From the human T2T-CHM13v2.0 reference genome, Homo sapiens, in the NCBI RefSeq assembly GCF_009914755.1, contig NC_060941.1: a DNA stretch of 64,000 bases, one strand, 5' to 3'. This document shows, piece by piece, positions 44,593 through 60,264 of this stretch. A model generated the notes under the pieces. It was not told the DNA's origin. It worked only from the letters and a program-made list of their open reading frames with translations, and did no database searches. The position numbers and the translations under genes are program-made. Every line of letters begins with the position of its first letter. Positions within the stretch are counted from its first letter, which is position 1.

Positions 44593-46397
44593 TCATTGAT
44601 CTATTTGTTAATATTTATGCCAATACCATGTTGTTTTATTACTGGGGCTTTATAATGACTTTTGAAATTAGGTACCATTAGCCCTCCAACTTTGTTTTTG
44701 TTATTCTAGGTATTTGTGCCTTTCCTTATGAATTTTGGAATCAGCTTGTCAATGTCTACAAAAAATCCACAAACAACTGCAGGCATTTTTATTGGGATTG
44801 CCCTGAAACTATAGAGTAATATGGGGGAGAACTGACATCTTGGCAATACTGACTGTTTTGGCACACAAACAAATTAAATCTATCCATTTATTTAGGTCTT
44901 TAAAAATTCATCTCTGTAATGTGTTGTGGTGTCCAGTGTACTGCTCTTGCACATCGGTCAGATTTATCTTTAAATGTTTTGTATTTTTGATAGTATTAGA
45001 AATGGGAGTTTTAAATTTAAAATTTTTCATTGTTAGTAGATAGAAATTCAATTAATTTTTTTATTTTGACTTTGTATCCTACAACCTTGCTAAACTCACT
45101 TATCGTGGTATCTTTTTTTTTTTTTGTATTCCATCGGGTTTTCTACAATTTTACTTCTTCCTTTCTGATATGGATGCCTTTTATTTCTTGCTTTTGCCTT
45201 GTTGAACTGACTAGATCTTCCATTATAATGTTAAATAAGAGTGATGAGAGTGGATGACCTTGACTTGATCCTGATCTTAGATAGAAAGCATTCAGTCTTT
45301 CATCATTGAGTAAAATGTTCCAGGTTTTTCATAGATGTCCTTTAACAGGTTGAAAAAGCTCCATTTGGGTCAGTTTTGGAATCTCATCAAATGTAGCAAG
45401 AAAGGCTGACAAACAAAGTAGTGTTTTCCATCCCGACAGAGAAAGCAAGTGAGGGTGAAGTCTCAGATTCTGGAGACAATCCAAACTAACAAAATGTCCC
45501 TAAATTTGTCATGAAAATAAAAGTGGGGAGTCAAAGGATATTGTTCACTTTCATAGTTCAAGGCAAAGTTAAATGTGCTATGTTCACTTTAAAATGAATG
45601 TGTTTTCTGCCACAATGGCAAAGAATTAACAAATTAGCAATTTAGTTTGTAAGAGATCCACGGAATATATTAAGACATTGCAGATGTTATCTGTTTTACC
45701 AAGGACTCAAAGAACAACTTGAACTTCTATGATTTGCTGGATTCAAGGGCATACTGTGGGCTGCCTTTCTGCTAATTAGATTATTTTACCCACCAAACTA
45801 TCATGGAAAAATGATCAAACAAGCAGTAGTTTACGCACATAGAACAATTTGCCTAGAATTGAAGGTAAGCTCAAGACAGATGGAGAGTGGGAAACAAAGA
45901 TCAACTTCGCTTCCACAAATAGCTGAGTGCTGAGTGACCCCTAAAATGAGCTAATATTGGGCAAGGATATTGTCCTAGACCTCAGAGTTCCCCTTTATCC
46001 TTGGATTGTGTTGTATAATGCAGCAGTGGGTTTGCTTGGTAAAAGAGAAAGAGCAAAGTAAAAAAGGGGAAGACATCTGTTACTTCTATTGAGTTAAGCC
46101 TTCTAAAAATATTTCCCTTTTAGTGACCACTTGTTATTTTGACCCTTTGATCTTTTGCTTTGGAAATAGGACCTTTGAAACTCTTCTGCTTTCCTCCCTG
46201 TGTTTGTAAAATGATGATAATGCCCGCACCACAGAAGAAGAGACTCCGTTTTACATCCAAAGCTTTTGGAGATAAGGGGTTGAAGTGGCTGAAGGAGAAA
46301 ACACTCCAATTATTCTTGCGAGGCATAAAGAATTACAGTTTTTCATCTAAAACTTTACTTAGAATCATTCCACTGATCCTAAAGAAACATACTTTAA

Positions 46398-46692
46398 GTT
46401 TCTTTATTTTGAGACAGAGTCTCACTCTGTTGCCCAGGCTGGAGTGCAGTGGCGTGATCTCAGCTCACTGCAGCCTCCACCCCCTGGGTTAAAGCGATTC
46501 TCCTGACTCAGTCTCCCAAGTAGCGGGGATTACAGATGCGTGCCACCATGCCTGGCTAATTTTTGTATTTTTAGTAGAGATGGGGTTCTACCATGTTGAT
46601 CAGGCTGGTCTCCAAGTCCTGACCTCAAGTGATCTGCCCGCCTCAGCCTCCTAAAGTGCTGAGATTACAGGCGTGAGCCATCGTGCCCAGCC
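46398..46692 (-). mobile_element. Alu (S-type)
   Basis: TSD taagtttc. Confidence 0.95.
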
Positions 46693-46989
46693 TAAGTTTC
46701 AGTGATCGAGCCCCACAATCCATAACATGTTTAGTGATTCAGTGAACTGTTGATTCATCAAAGGGAAAGAAGACATTCTCCCAGCAATCAGCCACTTTGC
46801 AATCAGTTTCACCTCAGTCACACTGGTGCCTGGACTAAGAGAAGAGCTCATGAGGTTTTTTTTTTTAATGTCCGCATAATTAAGGAGTCTTGGACATATA
46901 CATGGCTTTGCAGGAAACTGTTCTATGAAGTGATTGGGCTGAAGTCTGTCACAGCATCAGGAGGCACAAGCTCCTTATCTTGGGGCTGC

Positions 46990-47157
46990 CTCTTCCTCCT
47001 TCTTCTCATCCCCCTCTTCCTCTTATTCTTTCTTTCTTTCTCTTTCTTTCTTTCTTTCTTTTTTTCCTTCCTTCTTTCTTTTCCTTCCTTCCTTCCTTCC
47101 CTCTTTCTTTCTTTCTTTCTCTCCTTCCTTCCTTCCTTCCTTCCTTCCTTCCTTCCT

Positions 47158-47222
<65 letters not shown>

Positions 47223-47286
47223 TTTCCTTCCTTCCTTCCTTCTTCTGCTTTCCTTCTTTTCTCTCCTTCCTCCTTCTCCTTCTCCT
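46990..47286 (+). repeat. Compound (TTTC)n/(TTCC)n polypyrimidine microsatellite
   Basis: About 300 nt, almost purine-free on the plus strand. Confidence 0.95.
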
Positions 47287-47451
47287 AATTAGCTTTCTCT
47301 TCCCTCTTCCTATTATAAAAATAAATTATGCTCATTGTAGAAAGTGAAAATATAGTGTGACTGTGTACTTTTGCTCTGGAATGAAACTTGAGCTGAAAAT
47401 CTGGTTCCATTGCTAACCAGCTGCATTACCTTACAGAAGTCACTCATCTAA

Positions 47452-47821
<370 letters not shown>

Positions 47822-48170
47822 TGTTATGTGAATTTAATAAGACATTCATGTACACACATTGCACAGTGCCTGGCACATAGGGAAATCTCAAAGTATGGTT
47901 TTGTTAATAAAAATCAGAAAAATGTAGATAACCAACATTATAATTCAACTGCTGGGAAATAAACTTTACCTCCAGGTACATTTTTACATTCTAGTGTTTT
48001 CAAATGAAGGCTACCAAGTTAATTAATCAATACTTACTTAGCCTAACACTATGGTATATATTGAGAGGCATATAGTTATAACTTAAGCCAACGTTTCCTG
48101 ACTTTCTCCTGTGCTAATAATTTTTCTGTATTCATTCATTCATTATTGACTTATTGGAAAAGTGGTTTGG

Positions 48171-48488
48171 GGTCGGGCGCGGTGGTTCACCTATAATCCC
48201 TGCACTTTGGGGGGCCAAGGCGGGTGGATTGCTTGAGGTCTGGAGTTCAAGACCAGCCTGACCGACATCGTGAAACCCCATCTTTACTAAAAACACAAAA
48301 ATTAGCCGGGACTGGTGGTGGGCACCTGTAATCCCAGCTATTCAGGAGGCTGAGGCAGGAGAATGGCTTGAAGCAGGAGGCGGAGGTTGCAGTGAGCTGA
48401 GATCACGCCACTGCACTCCAGCCTGGGCGACAGAGTAAGACCTCATCTCAGACAAAAAAAAAAAAGAAAAAAGAAAAAGGAAAGAAAA
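48171..48488 (+). mobile_element. Alu (S-type)
   Basis: TSD gaaaagtggttt. Confidence 0.95.
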
Positions 48489-49095
48489 GTGGTTTTGTGG
48501 TTATTTTGCATTTTCTTTGTGCCAGATAGTGTTCTGGGTATCAGAGGCATAACAGTGAACAACAATAATAATGAAAAAAAACTCAAAAATAAATAAAAAA
48601 AATGCACTCATGAAGCTTACGTTTGTATGAAAGAGAGAGAGAGGGAATAAACAGACTAGAGAAATTCATGTAATACGTCAGATCGTGATAAATATGAAGC
48701 ACAGGGGAGTAGGGGGGTGGCATGGGGAGAGTTGCAATTTGAAGATGGCCAGGTGGCTTTTGAGCACAGACCCAAGGAAGTGGGGCAGTGAGCCCTGAGG
48801 CTGTTTGGGGAGGTCTATGTTTCAGGTGGAGGGAACAGCCTGCCCTGAGATCGAGGTGGGCCTGGCTTATTTGAGCAACAGCCAGGATGTCTGTGGCTGG
48901 AGAAAGGTGGGAGCAGGAGAGAAGAGCTGAGGTCTGAGTCTGACAGTGGCCAGATCTAAGGAGCTTGCACGCCATTGCAAGGCTTCTCTGTCCCATATAT
49001 ACAACCTGATTGGCTTCTGGCCTGCTTTGACCTATGAAATGAGAGAGGAAGTGGCAAGTGTCCCTCTCAGGAAGAAGCTTTAAGAGCCAGCATGG

Positions 49096-49405
49096 GGCTG
49101 GGTGCAGTGGCTCATGCCTGTCATCGCAGCACTTTGGGAGGCCGAGGTGGGAGGATCACTTGAGGTCAGGAGTTCCAGACCAGCCTGACCAACATGGCAA
49201 AACCCCATCTCTACTAAAAATACAAAAAAAATTATCTGGATGATGTGGCTCAAGCTTGTAATCCCAGCTACTTGGGAGGCTGAGGCAGGAGAATTGCTTG
49301 AACTGGGAGGCAGAGGTTGCAGTGAGCTGAGATCATGCCACTGCACTCCAGCCAGGGCAACAGAGTGAGACTCCATCTCAAAACAAAAAAAAAAAAAAAA
49401 AAAAA
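49096..49405 (+). mobile_element. Alu (S-type)
   Basis: TSD aagagccagc(a/g)tgg. Confidence 0.95.
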
Positions 49406-49829
49406 GAGCCAGCGTGGGCTTCTCCATCATTCCTTTCCCTCTGCCACATGGTTCTATAAAGAGGTCACCTTTTAGACCTGAGCTCTGGAGTGAAGAAACT
49501 ATGGAACTGGATGTCAGGCTCCCTGGTGGATATGGTGTGAGAAATAAGCTTTCAGAGGGCTCTTTCTCTATCCTGTGTCTGAATTGGGCTTGTCTTGAAG
49601 CTGTGTGTGTAAAGCACTTTACACAATTTTTAAAATATTTATTTTTTATTTTTTAAAAATTTGAAAAAAAATGCTCAGATTTTTCCTAAGGCTTGTCTGA
49701 ATAAGTTTGGGCTATTTCTAAACCCCAGAGGTGGGGCTGACCAGATTGAAGTTATCGGTTAAAGATTTAGGTAGCTTTCCTAGGAGAAATAGGATAGAGG
49801 TTGGGTAAATACTAAGTGAGCACCCATCT

Positions 49830-50594
<765 letters not shown>

Positions 50595-51722
50595 TAATAT
50601 AAAGGGGTGTGAATCTTTTCTTTTAGAGAGAGGGAATGCCATTTGCCCTGATTACTCAACAGGATTTGGAGGAGAGTTGTTTAGAAAAGGAGATGAGCAC
50701 AGAATAGGCAGCTTTTGAACCCAAAAGGGAAATGTGTCATTTTACTTGCCTCCCTTGGCTTGTCTTGTTGATGACGATGTCTGGTTTGGAAGCCAGCCGG
50801 CCTGAGCAGACAGCCCTTCAGCTCCAGGCTAACAGGGGTTGGGATTCTGTCCCAGGGTCCCTTTGGCCCTCTGGGCAGTCCCATTTCACTGGCTGAGCTT
50901 GTGGCAGAGGGGGCAAGCGTGCGGGGCCTTTCCCCATTTATCCCATTGGGGCCCTTTGTTTTCCAGTGTCCTGGCTTTTTGTACCTTTGGCAGTTACCTG
51001 GAGGAGTATCCTTAGGGCAACATGGAGAGTGCTGGAGAGCTTGTAAAGCAGCCAGTTGTTGAGGTTGCCTCTTGTCCCGCATTTCTCCTTTTTCTTAGCC
51101 CTGTCCTCCTATTCTGATCTGGGTTATAAAAGACAGAGGAGGCTAATCTGAGGACCTCCTGCACAGGGAGTGTTGGGTTCCATGGCTGAGTTTTGTAATT
51201 TCCTTCCAGTTCATTTTTAGGCCAAGCAGTATCACAAAGGAAAACTTTTTTTTTTCTTAAGGTTTGGGGTAATAAAACTTTTCCCAGTTTTGGGGATGCA
51301 TCTGAGGGGCGTGTCCTGTGGTATGGAGATGCGATTACCCATCTGTGAAGAGAGAATAGAGGAGAAAAAGGAAAAAAGAAAGCACTCCCTCTACTTTCCT
51401 ATTATCCTGAATGGGGCATCCCTCATCATCCTTTGGGTTCCAGAATGAAGCAGTCTTATCGTGTACCCTTGGCCCCATCTCGTCACATTACCCGCTTGAG
51501 AACAGAGGAGATACTGGAGTGAAGAGTGGGTCCCATGTTTATCCTTGAGGTTCTAGAGTGAACTGTCTTACTGTATACCTCTAACCTTGCCTTCATCTCT
51601 GTTCTAATGGTAATCTGTTAGCCTGGGATCAGCCTTCATCTCTGTCCTATGGGTCTCCTGTGCCTGTGGCCTTGGACCAGCCTGTATCCTTGTCTCCAAG
51701 ACTCTCACTCAGAGCATTTTAG

Positions 51723-52049
<327 letters not shown>

Positions 52050-53311
52050 TGATTATTTCCTTTGTCAGATGCCTAGTTCCCATGTTCTTCAAGTAGACAA
52101 GAAGCCTGTTTTTCAGCTCACTGCTGCAAAGGGGCTGGACTTCCCTCCCTGCAAGATTTGAATATGACCTTGCAGGACTTGATGCTTGTTGAGAAGGGCG
52201 TGGAAGTAATTAGAGAAGTGGAGGCTCCAGGAGGAAGTGGGAGGAAGTGGGAGGAAGTGAGAGGAACACTTGTGGAAAGCCTTCATATGCTTGCAAAAAG
52301 AGCAGACCTCGGATTCAAGAGGGCAATATTCATTTGCCCTCTTGACATAAAGTAGCAACCTCTGGAGGACTTGGGGCTTGGAGTAAGAACTCACAAATAG
52401 CAAAAGCAGAATTTCCCCTCCTCCCAAGTGGTGCTAACGCACAAAAAAAAAAAGAAAAAAGTAGGTGGGATCCTTAAAGGGCCAGAAGAAGGCCCTATGG
52501 AGGTGGACAAACTGCTTCAAAAGCCACCAGAAAACTTGGTCCTGTGGCATAACAGGAACAAAAAGCATATGGTAAGTCATAAGGAGCTGGCAGAGCCAGA
52601 GTTCCAGTTAGTGTCTGTCCTGGCCATGGGCCAGCAGACAGGGGAAGGGTTGGAGGTCATCCAAGCTGTTAGGTTAAAACCAAGTATAAATCTCAGGAGA
52701 TATCCGCAAGGAAGCCTGTGTCTTTTCTGCCATGCAAAAGCCGCAGGCACATGAATAACAGGGAGCGTGTGTTTAAGAAGTCATGTGGCATTCGAAGTGA
52801 AAGCCAAGTGGCTGACTTGCTCCTGAGGCCGATGGTTCATTCGGCAGGTGCTCAAGGCCGCTTTTCAGGAGACACAGGAAAACAGAAGAACAGGCAGTGC
52901 GGGTTCTTGGGAAAGAGCCGATCTTATTTGAAAAAGCAGAGGACACCCCAGATATTGCACGGTTTGAGGCTTTAGCTTTACCACCCTCATGAGCCTCTTG
53001 TCCAGGAGGGTCATTAGTGCCTTAGTTCTACTTGGTGCAGACCCCAAGGTTCTTCCCACCCCTGCGAGCCAGCCGTCAGGGTGAGCAGAAAATCAGCCAT
53101 GGGAGCAGAGCCACTGTGACTGAGAGGAATTGTTTTGGGCGTTGGTTAGTGAGCAGGAGAGCGAAAGGGAGAAGAAAACTGTACAGGGGTTGAATGCCTG
53201 CAGCTGAAGAAGGTGTAGAGATCTCTAACCACTAGGGAACATATGTGAGCTATGCAGCGCCAAAGTGTGTTAGCGCTTGGGAACGTATCCAAGTCACACA
53301 GCACCCAAGTA

Positions 53312-54040
53312 TGCTACTGGCGGTGAATCTGTATCAGTATGAGTCTGCAGCAACCTCAATTCTTGCCTCCTCAGAAGAAAGAATTTGACTGAGGGGCATA
53401 AGGCAGAAGGAGAGACCAAGGCAAGTTTTAGAGCAGGAGTGCAAGTTTATTAAAAACTTTAGACTCCATCCAGGTCCCTACAAAGGACATGATCTCATTC
53501 CTTTTTTATGGCTGCATAATATTCCATGATGTATATGTATCACATTTTCTTTATCCAGTCTGTCATTGATGGACATTTAGGTTGATTCCATGTCTTTGTT
53601 ACTGTGCATAGTGCTGCAATGAACATATGTGTGCATGTATCTTTATGACAGAATGATTTATATTCCTTTGGGTATATACCCAGTGATGGGATTGCTGGTC
53701 AAATGCTATTTCTGCCTCTAGGTCTTTGAGGAATTGCCACATAGACATGTGGTGGGGGGGAATAACACACATTGGGGCCTGTCAGAGGGGTGGGGGTTGT
53801 GGGGAGGGAGAGCATCAGGAAGAATAGCTAATGGATGCTGGGCTTGATACCCAGGCAATGGGTTGATCTGTTCAGCAAACCACCATGGCACACGTTTACC
53901 TATGGAACAAACCTACACATCCTGCCCATGTACCCCTGAACTTAAAAGTTGAAGGGAAAAGAAAGCTTTAGAGCAGGAACAAAAGGAAGGAAAATACACT
54001 TGGAAGAGGGCCAAGCAGGCAACTTGAAAGGCAAGTGCTG
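53312..54040 (-). mobile_element. Partial ERV1 5' LTR (R/U5 side) interrupted by an L1
   Basis: ctgcagcaacctcaattcttgcctcctcagaagaaagaatt...agtttattaaaa (minus-strand AATAAA) continues after the L1 as agcaggaac...cacttggaagagggccaagc. Confidence 0.75.
53464..53960. mobile_element. 5'-inverted (twin-primed) L1PA insertion
   Basis: Antisense L1 53464-53740 joined to a sense L1PA 3' end 53739-53960; TSD aaa(a/g)ctttaga. Confidence 0.85.
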
Positions 54041-54088
54041 TGTAATATTTTTTAAAAGTTAAGTTGTCCATATAAAAAAATTAAATAG

Positions 54089-54545
<457 letters not shown>

Positions 54546-54789
54546 CAACACGCAAATTTAATAGTATCTATTTCCTACTTAAAGCCCTTGAGTGGAAAAG
54601 CATGAAGATAAATGGAGAATGTGGCAACATCGTCCATCAAAAATTTTGAAAGAAAATTCTTCACAACGTTGTGAATAGTTTCTAGGTGGGAGGATTATGG
54701 ATGATTTTAATTTTCTTTTTTGTATTTTTCTATATTGAAAATGTTTAAAAATATATAATCAAAAATGCCATTTACTGGCTCCCTGTTCT

Positions 54790-55600
54790 AGTTGCGGCAC
54801 ATTAAAGACAGCCAAAGAGCTTTAACACTCTTTCCGTTGACGGACTGGGTTTAATTCCCTTCCCCTTGAATCTAGGCTGGCCTAAGTAATTTGTTTGAGT
54901 AAGAAAATATGGGCCGAGTGTGGTGGCTCATGCCTGTAATCCCAGCACTTTGGGAGGCTGAGGTGGGTGGATCATTTCAGGTCAGGAGTTCGAGACCAGC
55001 CTGGCCAGCATAGAGAAACCTCATCTCTACTACAAAAATACAAAAATTAGCCAGGCATGGTGGTGGGAGCCTGTAATTCCCGCTACTTGGGAGGCTGAGG
55101 CATGAGAATCGCTTGAACCCAGGAGTTAGAGGTTGCAATGAGCAAGATGGCACTACTGTACTCCAGCCTGGGAGATAGAGGGAGACTTTGTCTCAAAAAA
55201 TAAATAAAATAAAATAAAATAGCAGGAGTGCTGTGCTGGGACTTCAAGGGTAAGTTATAAAAAGCCATGCAGCTTTTGCCTGCCTCTCATGGAACATTCT
55301 GTCTGGTAGCCCTGACCACTGTGGAAAAGTTGGATACCCTGAGACTTCTGTAATGTAAGTGCCCGGCAAACGGTCTCAGCTGGGCCTGGTATATCAATCC
55401 TCCCCACCAAGCAGAAGCCACTTGGTATCCTTCAGACCAGCCCATCCTCCAGGTGAATGCCACCCCTGACCTCAGTCGACACCACATGGAACAGAAGAAT
55501 CCCCCTAGCTGGGCCTGCCAAATGTCCTGCTCCACAAATGAGATATAATTATTGTTTTAAGCCTTATGTTAACTTGTTAGATAGCCGTAGATAATTGGAA
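54790..55600 (+). mobile_element. MLT1-type MaLR LTR interrupted by an Alu
   Basis: ccccttgaatctaggctggcc...aaaaagccatgcagctt...ttgttttaagcc...gtagataa. Confidence 0.7.
54912..55221 (+). mobile_element. Alu (S-type)
   Basis: Sense Alu with (TAAAA)n tail. Confidence 0.95.
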
Positions 55601-55704
55601 TTCTATTAAACAAAGAAAGTCTTCTTAGCAGGGCTAAGATCCTCCTAGATCTGGCCTCTGTCTACCTTCCCTTCCTACTGTACTCTTCTTTATATCTCAG
55701 GCTC

Positions 55705-55986
55705 TTTTTTTTGAGACTGGGTCTTGCTCTGTTTCCCAGACTCGAGTGTAGAATATTTTAGCCTTGAACTCCTGAGCCCAAGAGGTCCTCCCGCTTCAGC
55801 CTCCCGAGTAGCTAAGACTACAGATGTGTGCCACCATGCCCTGCTAATTTTTTTAAAAGTTTCTTTTGTAGAAATGGGGTCTCACTATATTTTCCAGGCT
55901 GGTTTCAAACTCCTGGCCTCAAGTGATCCTCCCACCTTGGCCTCCCAAAGTGCTGGGGTTACAGGTGAAAGCCATCATACCTGGCC
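55705..55986 (-). mobile_element. Alu (J-type)
   Basis: Diverged antisense Alu. Confidence 0.85.
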
Positions 55987-56545
55987 CCAGGCTTCTTCTA
56001 GGTTCCTGAACCAACTATAGTCTTTACCTTGGTGCCATTGTCTATACCAGCCTCCTTTTCTTATTTATTCCATTTGCCTGGACTGACGTTCCCATCCTTA
56101 CTCCATTCCTCTGTCCTCACCTGTCTATCACACCACCAGCTCCTCCATCTCCCTGGTAAATTCTTGTTGAGCTTTCAAAATTTACCTCTGATGGTGCTTC
56201 TGGAAAGACTTACTTCTTCCCATACAGGGTTCTATATCTTCTCTGTGCTAATGTTTGTATTGCACGTGCTTCTCTTATTATACTCATTTACTCATCACAT
56301 ACATTGTAGCACATTTGTTCTCATGTCTATTTCTTCTACTTATCTGTGTATTAGTTTCTTTTGATGCTATAACAAATTACAGAAAACTTAGTGCCTTAAA
56401 ACCATACAAATTTATTATCTGGAATTCTGAACCTTAGAAATCCTAAATGGGTCTCAATAGGCTGAAAGCAAGATGTTGGCAGGGCTGCATCCTTTTCTGA
56501 AGGCTCTGGGGGAGAATCTGTTTTCTTGCCTTTTATAGCTTCTAG

Positions 56546-57239
<694 letters not shown>

Positions 57240-57612
57240 TAATGCTGCATCACTCTGATACTAGCTTTCTATCTTCCTCTTCCACATGGAAGGACCCTTG
57301 TGATTACACCGGCCACGTCCAGATAATCCAGGACAATCTCTGTATTTTAAGATCATCTGATTAGTAACCTTAAATTCATCTACAATATTAATTCCCATTT
57401 GCCATGTACTGTAACACTTCAACATGTTTTTGGGCAGTAGGACGTGGACGTTCTTGCAGGGGTCATCATTTGGCTGACTGCAGTCTGTGAGCTCCTATGG
57501 TAAAAAGGCTGTGAACTATGTATCACTCTCCTCGAATGTAGAACAGAAGTCTGCTATGTAGTATATGAGGAAGACATGATATTTGTTCAAATGGAGTTTA
57601 TATTCTAAAAGA

Positions 57613-58238
57613 AGGGGTCAACAAATTTGGATCTATCACCTGTTTTTGTACAGCTCTTAAGCTTAGTTTTTACTTTTTTTTTTTTTTTTTTTTTTTTTGA
57701 GACAGGGTCTCACTTTGTCACCCAGGCTAGAGTGCAGTGGTGCAAACACAGCTTACTGCACTTGACCTCCTGGGCCCAAGTGATCCTCCTGCCTCAGCCC
57801 CACAAATAGCTGGGACTATAGGCACACACCACCATGTCTGGCCCATTTTTGTATTTTTTGTGGAGACAGGGTTTTGCCATGCTGCTCAGGCTGGTCTCGA
57901 ACTCCTGAGCTCAAGTGATCTGCCTGCCCAGGCCTCCCAAATTTCTGGGATTACAGGCGTGAGCCACTGTGCCTGGCTGTATATTTTTCAGTGGCTAAAC
58001 AAGCTCGAATGGAGAATGATATTTTGTGACATAAAAATTAGATGAAATTTACTTTAAAGTGTCCATAAGTCAACTTTTATTGGAACACAGCCATGCCCAT
58101 TCATTTATTTGTTGTCTATGCTGCTTTCACACTATAGTGGTGAAGGTGAGTGGTTGCAACAAAGACCTTATGGCCACAAAGTCTAAAATAATTACCTATT
58201 TGACCGTTGACAGAAAAAAAATTGCTAGTCCCCGTTCT
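57613..58238. mobile_element. MER58-like hAT-Charlie MITE with inserted Alu
   Basis: aggggtcaacaaa...ttttattggaacacagccatgcccattcattt...tggccacaaagtctaaaata. Confidence 0.75.
57674..57978 (-). mobile_element. Alu (J-type)
   Basis: Antisense Alu. Confidence 0.93.
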
Positions 58239-58444
58239 AGAGGGAACTTTAGAACTTTCTGTGATTGTGGGAATATGCTGTATCTGGGCTGTCCAATATG
58301 GTAGTCACTAGCTACAGCTGGCACTTGAAATGAGGCTAGTACCCCTAAGGAAAAGACTTTTAAGCTTTATTTGATTATAATTAATTTAGATTTGAAGAGC
58401 TCCCTGTGGCTAGTGGCTACTGTACTGACAGCCCTAGGAGATGA

Positions 58445-58675
58445 GATGATAATTATGAAGATGCTGATAAAAATGTGATAATTTACCATGTGCCAAGTGC
58501 CGTGCTAAGAGAACAAGGATGATGCTCTTATGATTCTCATTTTACAGATGAAAAAAAACTGAAGCTTAGATGGATCAAGTATGTTGCCCAAGGTTACACA
58601 GCCAGAGAGGGGCAAGCTAGAACCCAGGGAGGTTGACTCCTGAGCTGTTGCTCTAACCATTAGGCTATGCTGCCT
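58445..58675 (-). mobile_element. MIR
   Basis: cattttacagatgaaaaaaaactgaagcttaga...ttgcccaaggttacacagc. Confidence 0.8.
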
Positions 58676-59789
58676 CACGAAAGACAAGACACATAGACAT
58701 TGAATTGTAACATGTGAGAGAATATAATGAGTGCTATGAAAGAAGCAACAACAAGGCAGAGAAATAATTAAGGGGAAAAACTTCTGACCAGGGAGGGAAA
58801 AGACACCTTCTTCATGGGTGCCAAACTACTTAAGATGGGCTCTAAAATTTGGGCAGGATTTTGATTGACACTTACATGCTTGTAAGCTAGATGGATGCAA
58901 CCACCTAAACACAGGTGTGATGGGGGAAGTAAAGGGGGGGTTAAGGGATTGGAAAGCAGTCCACTTTGAAAATTCATGCCACACCTTTGCTAGCAAAGGG
59001 CCACAAGTTTTCTTGGCAGCTGGTGCACTTCCTCTTTTCTCTCCGTAACGACCATGTAAATGACCTTGCCTTCGTTTTCACTTTGACTGGAAGTTTAGCT
59101 TCAAACTTGAGCTTAACTTGAGCAAGAGCAAGGAACCACACAGCTTGAATATTTGAGTTTCTTCTCCTTTCCTCCCCAAAAGCTCAATTTCTGCTCTGAT
59201 GAGTGTTTTCTCTGGTCTTAATATTTGTTTTTATCCATATTTTAACATCATTTCATTACGTATTTATTTCTTGCAATGCCCCTGGGTCGTTTTGTGAATA
59301 CGTGTGGGTATAAATGACAGAATAGGTTCTGGTTGTGGGAGGATGTGAACCCAGGGAGATAAATTGGAAAAGATAAGTTGGTGTCAGGCACTGGGTACAG
59401 TCAGGGTCAAGGAAGCTGGTGGGTGCTCCTGCCTTTGAGAAATAGCCTGAGCCAGTTAGGTGCCATCCCCATGCCCTTATCTCCTGCAGCCTTGGCTGCA
59501 ATCCTGGCAGCTCCCCACTCAGTTCTTGGAAACCTGGCAATTGGCCCTAGTTCCATCCCACGCCACTGCCCGCTTGCTTCCTGTGCTGGCTCTGATGTCT
59601 GTTGACATCTTCTTCGAGTGTTAACTCCCAAACATCCTCAGTTTCAGTCTTGTTATTGGCATCAGGGGACACACTGGCATCCTACAATCTCTCTAAAGTA
59701 CAGGCCAATCAGATCCCTCTCCTCTTTAAAGGTCTTCTGTAGCTCTCAGGTGGAAGTCCAAGTTCAGTAGCTTTGCTTAGGGTCCTCGT

Positions 59790-59985
59790 TCACACCCCAG
59801 CTCTGCCTCTTCCTCACTACATGACTTGGGCAAGTTGTGTAACTTCTGTATGCCGGAGTTTCCTTATCTGTAAAATAGGAACAACAATAGTACGTACCTC
59901 AAAAGGTGCTGTGAGGGTAGGGTGTGGGAATCTATGTGAAACCTCACAACGGTTCCAGGCACAGAAGATCTCTCCATGTGTTATT
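59790..59985 (+). mobile_element. MIR
   Basis: ccagctctgcc...tgacttgggcaagtt...agtttccttatctgtaaaatagg. Confidence 0.8.
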
Positions 59986-60220
59986 GTCACTGTCATGAGC
60001 TCTTCAGACTCACCTCTTGCCAATGCCCTTCACACAGTTTCTGGCTTCACATCCAGTGGAATTACTTGTAGTTTCCTAAATGTCCTCCAGCCTGAATTTG
60101 CTCATCTTTGGGTGTTCTGCACATTTCCTCTGCTGGAAAGTGTTCCTTCTCCCTCTTAACCTATTCTTCCTCATTCTTCTTATATCAGAGAGCAGGGATG
60201 TCATGGAAGTAGAAGGGAGG

Positions 60221-60223
<3 letters not shown>

Positions 60224-60261
<38 letters not shown>
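60224..60261 (+). repeat. (GA)n microsatellite
   Basis: About 18 GA units. Confidence 0.95.

Positions 60262-60264
<3 letters not shown>

Noticed and set aside
46750-47292. Phe/Leu/Ser-rich membrane-like ORFs
   Set aside because: Translations of the (TTTC)n/(TTCC)n repeat.
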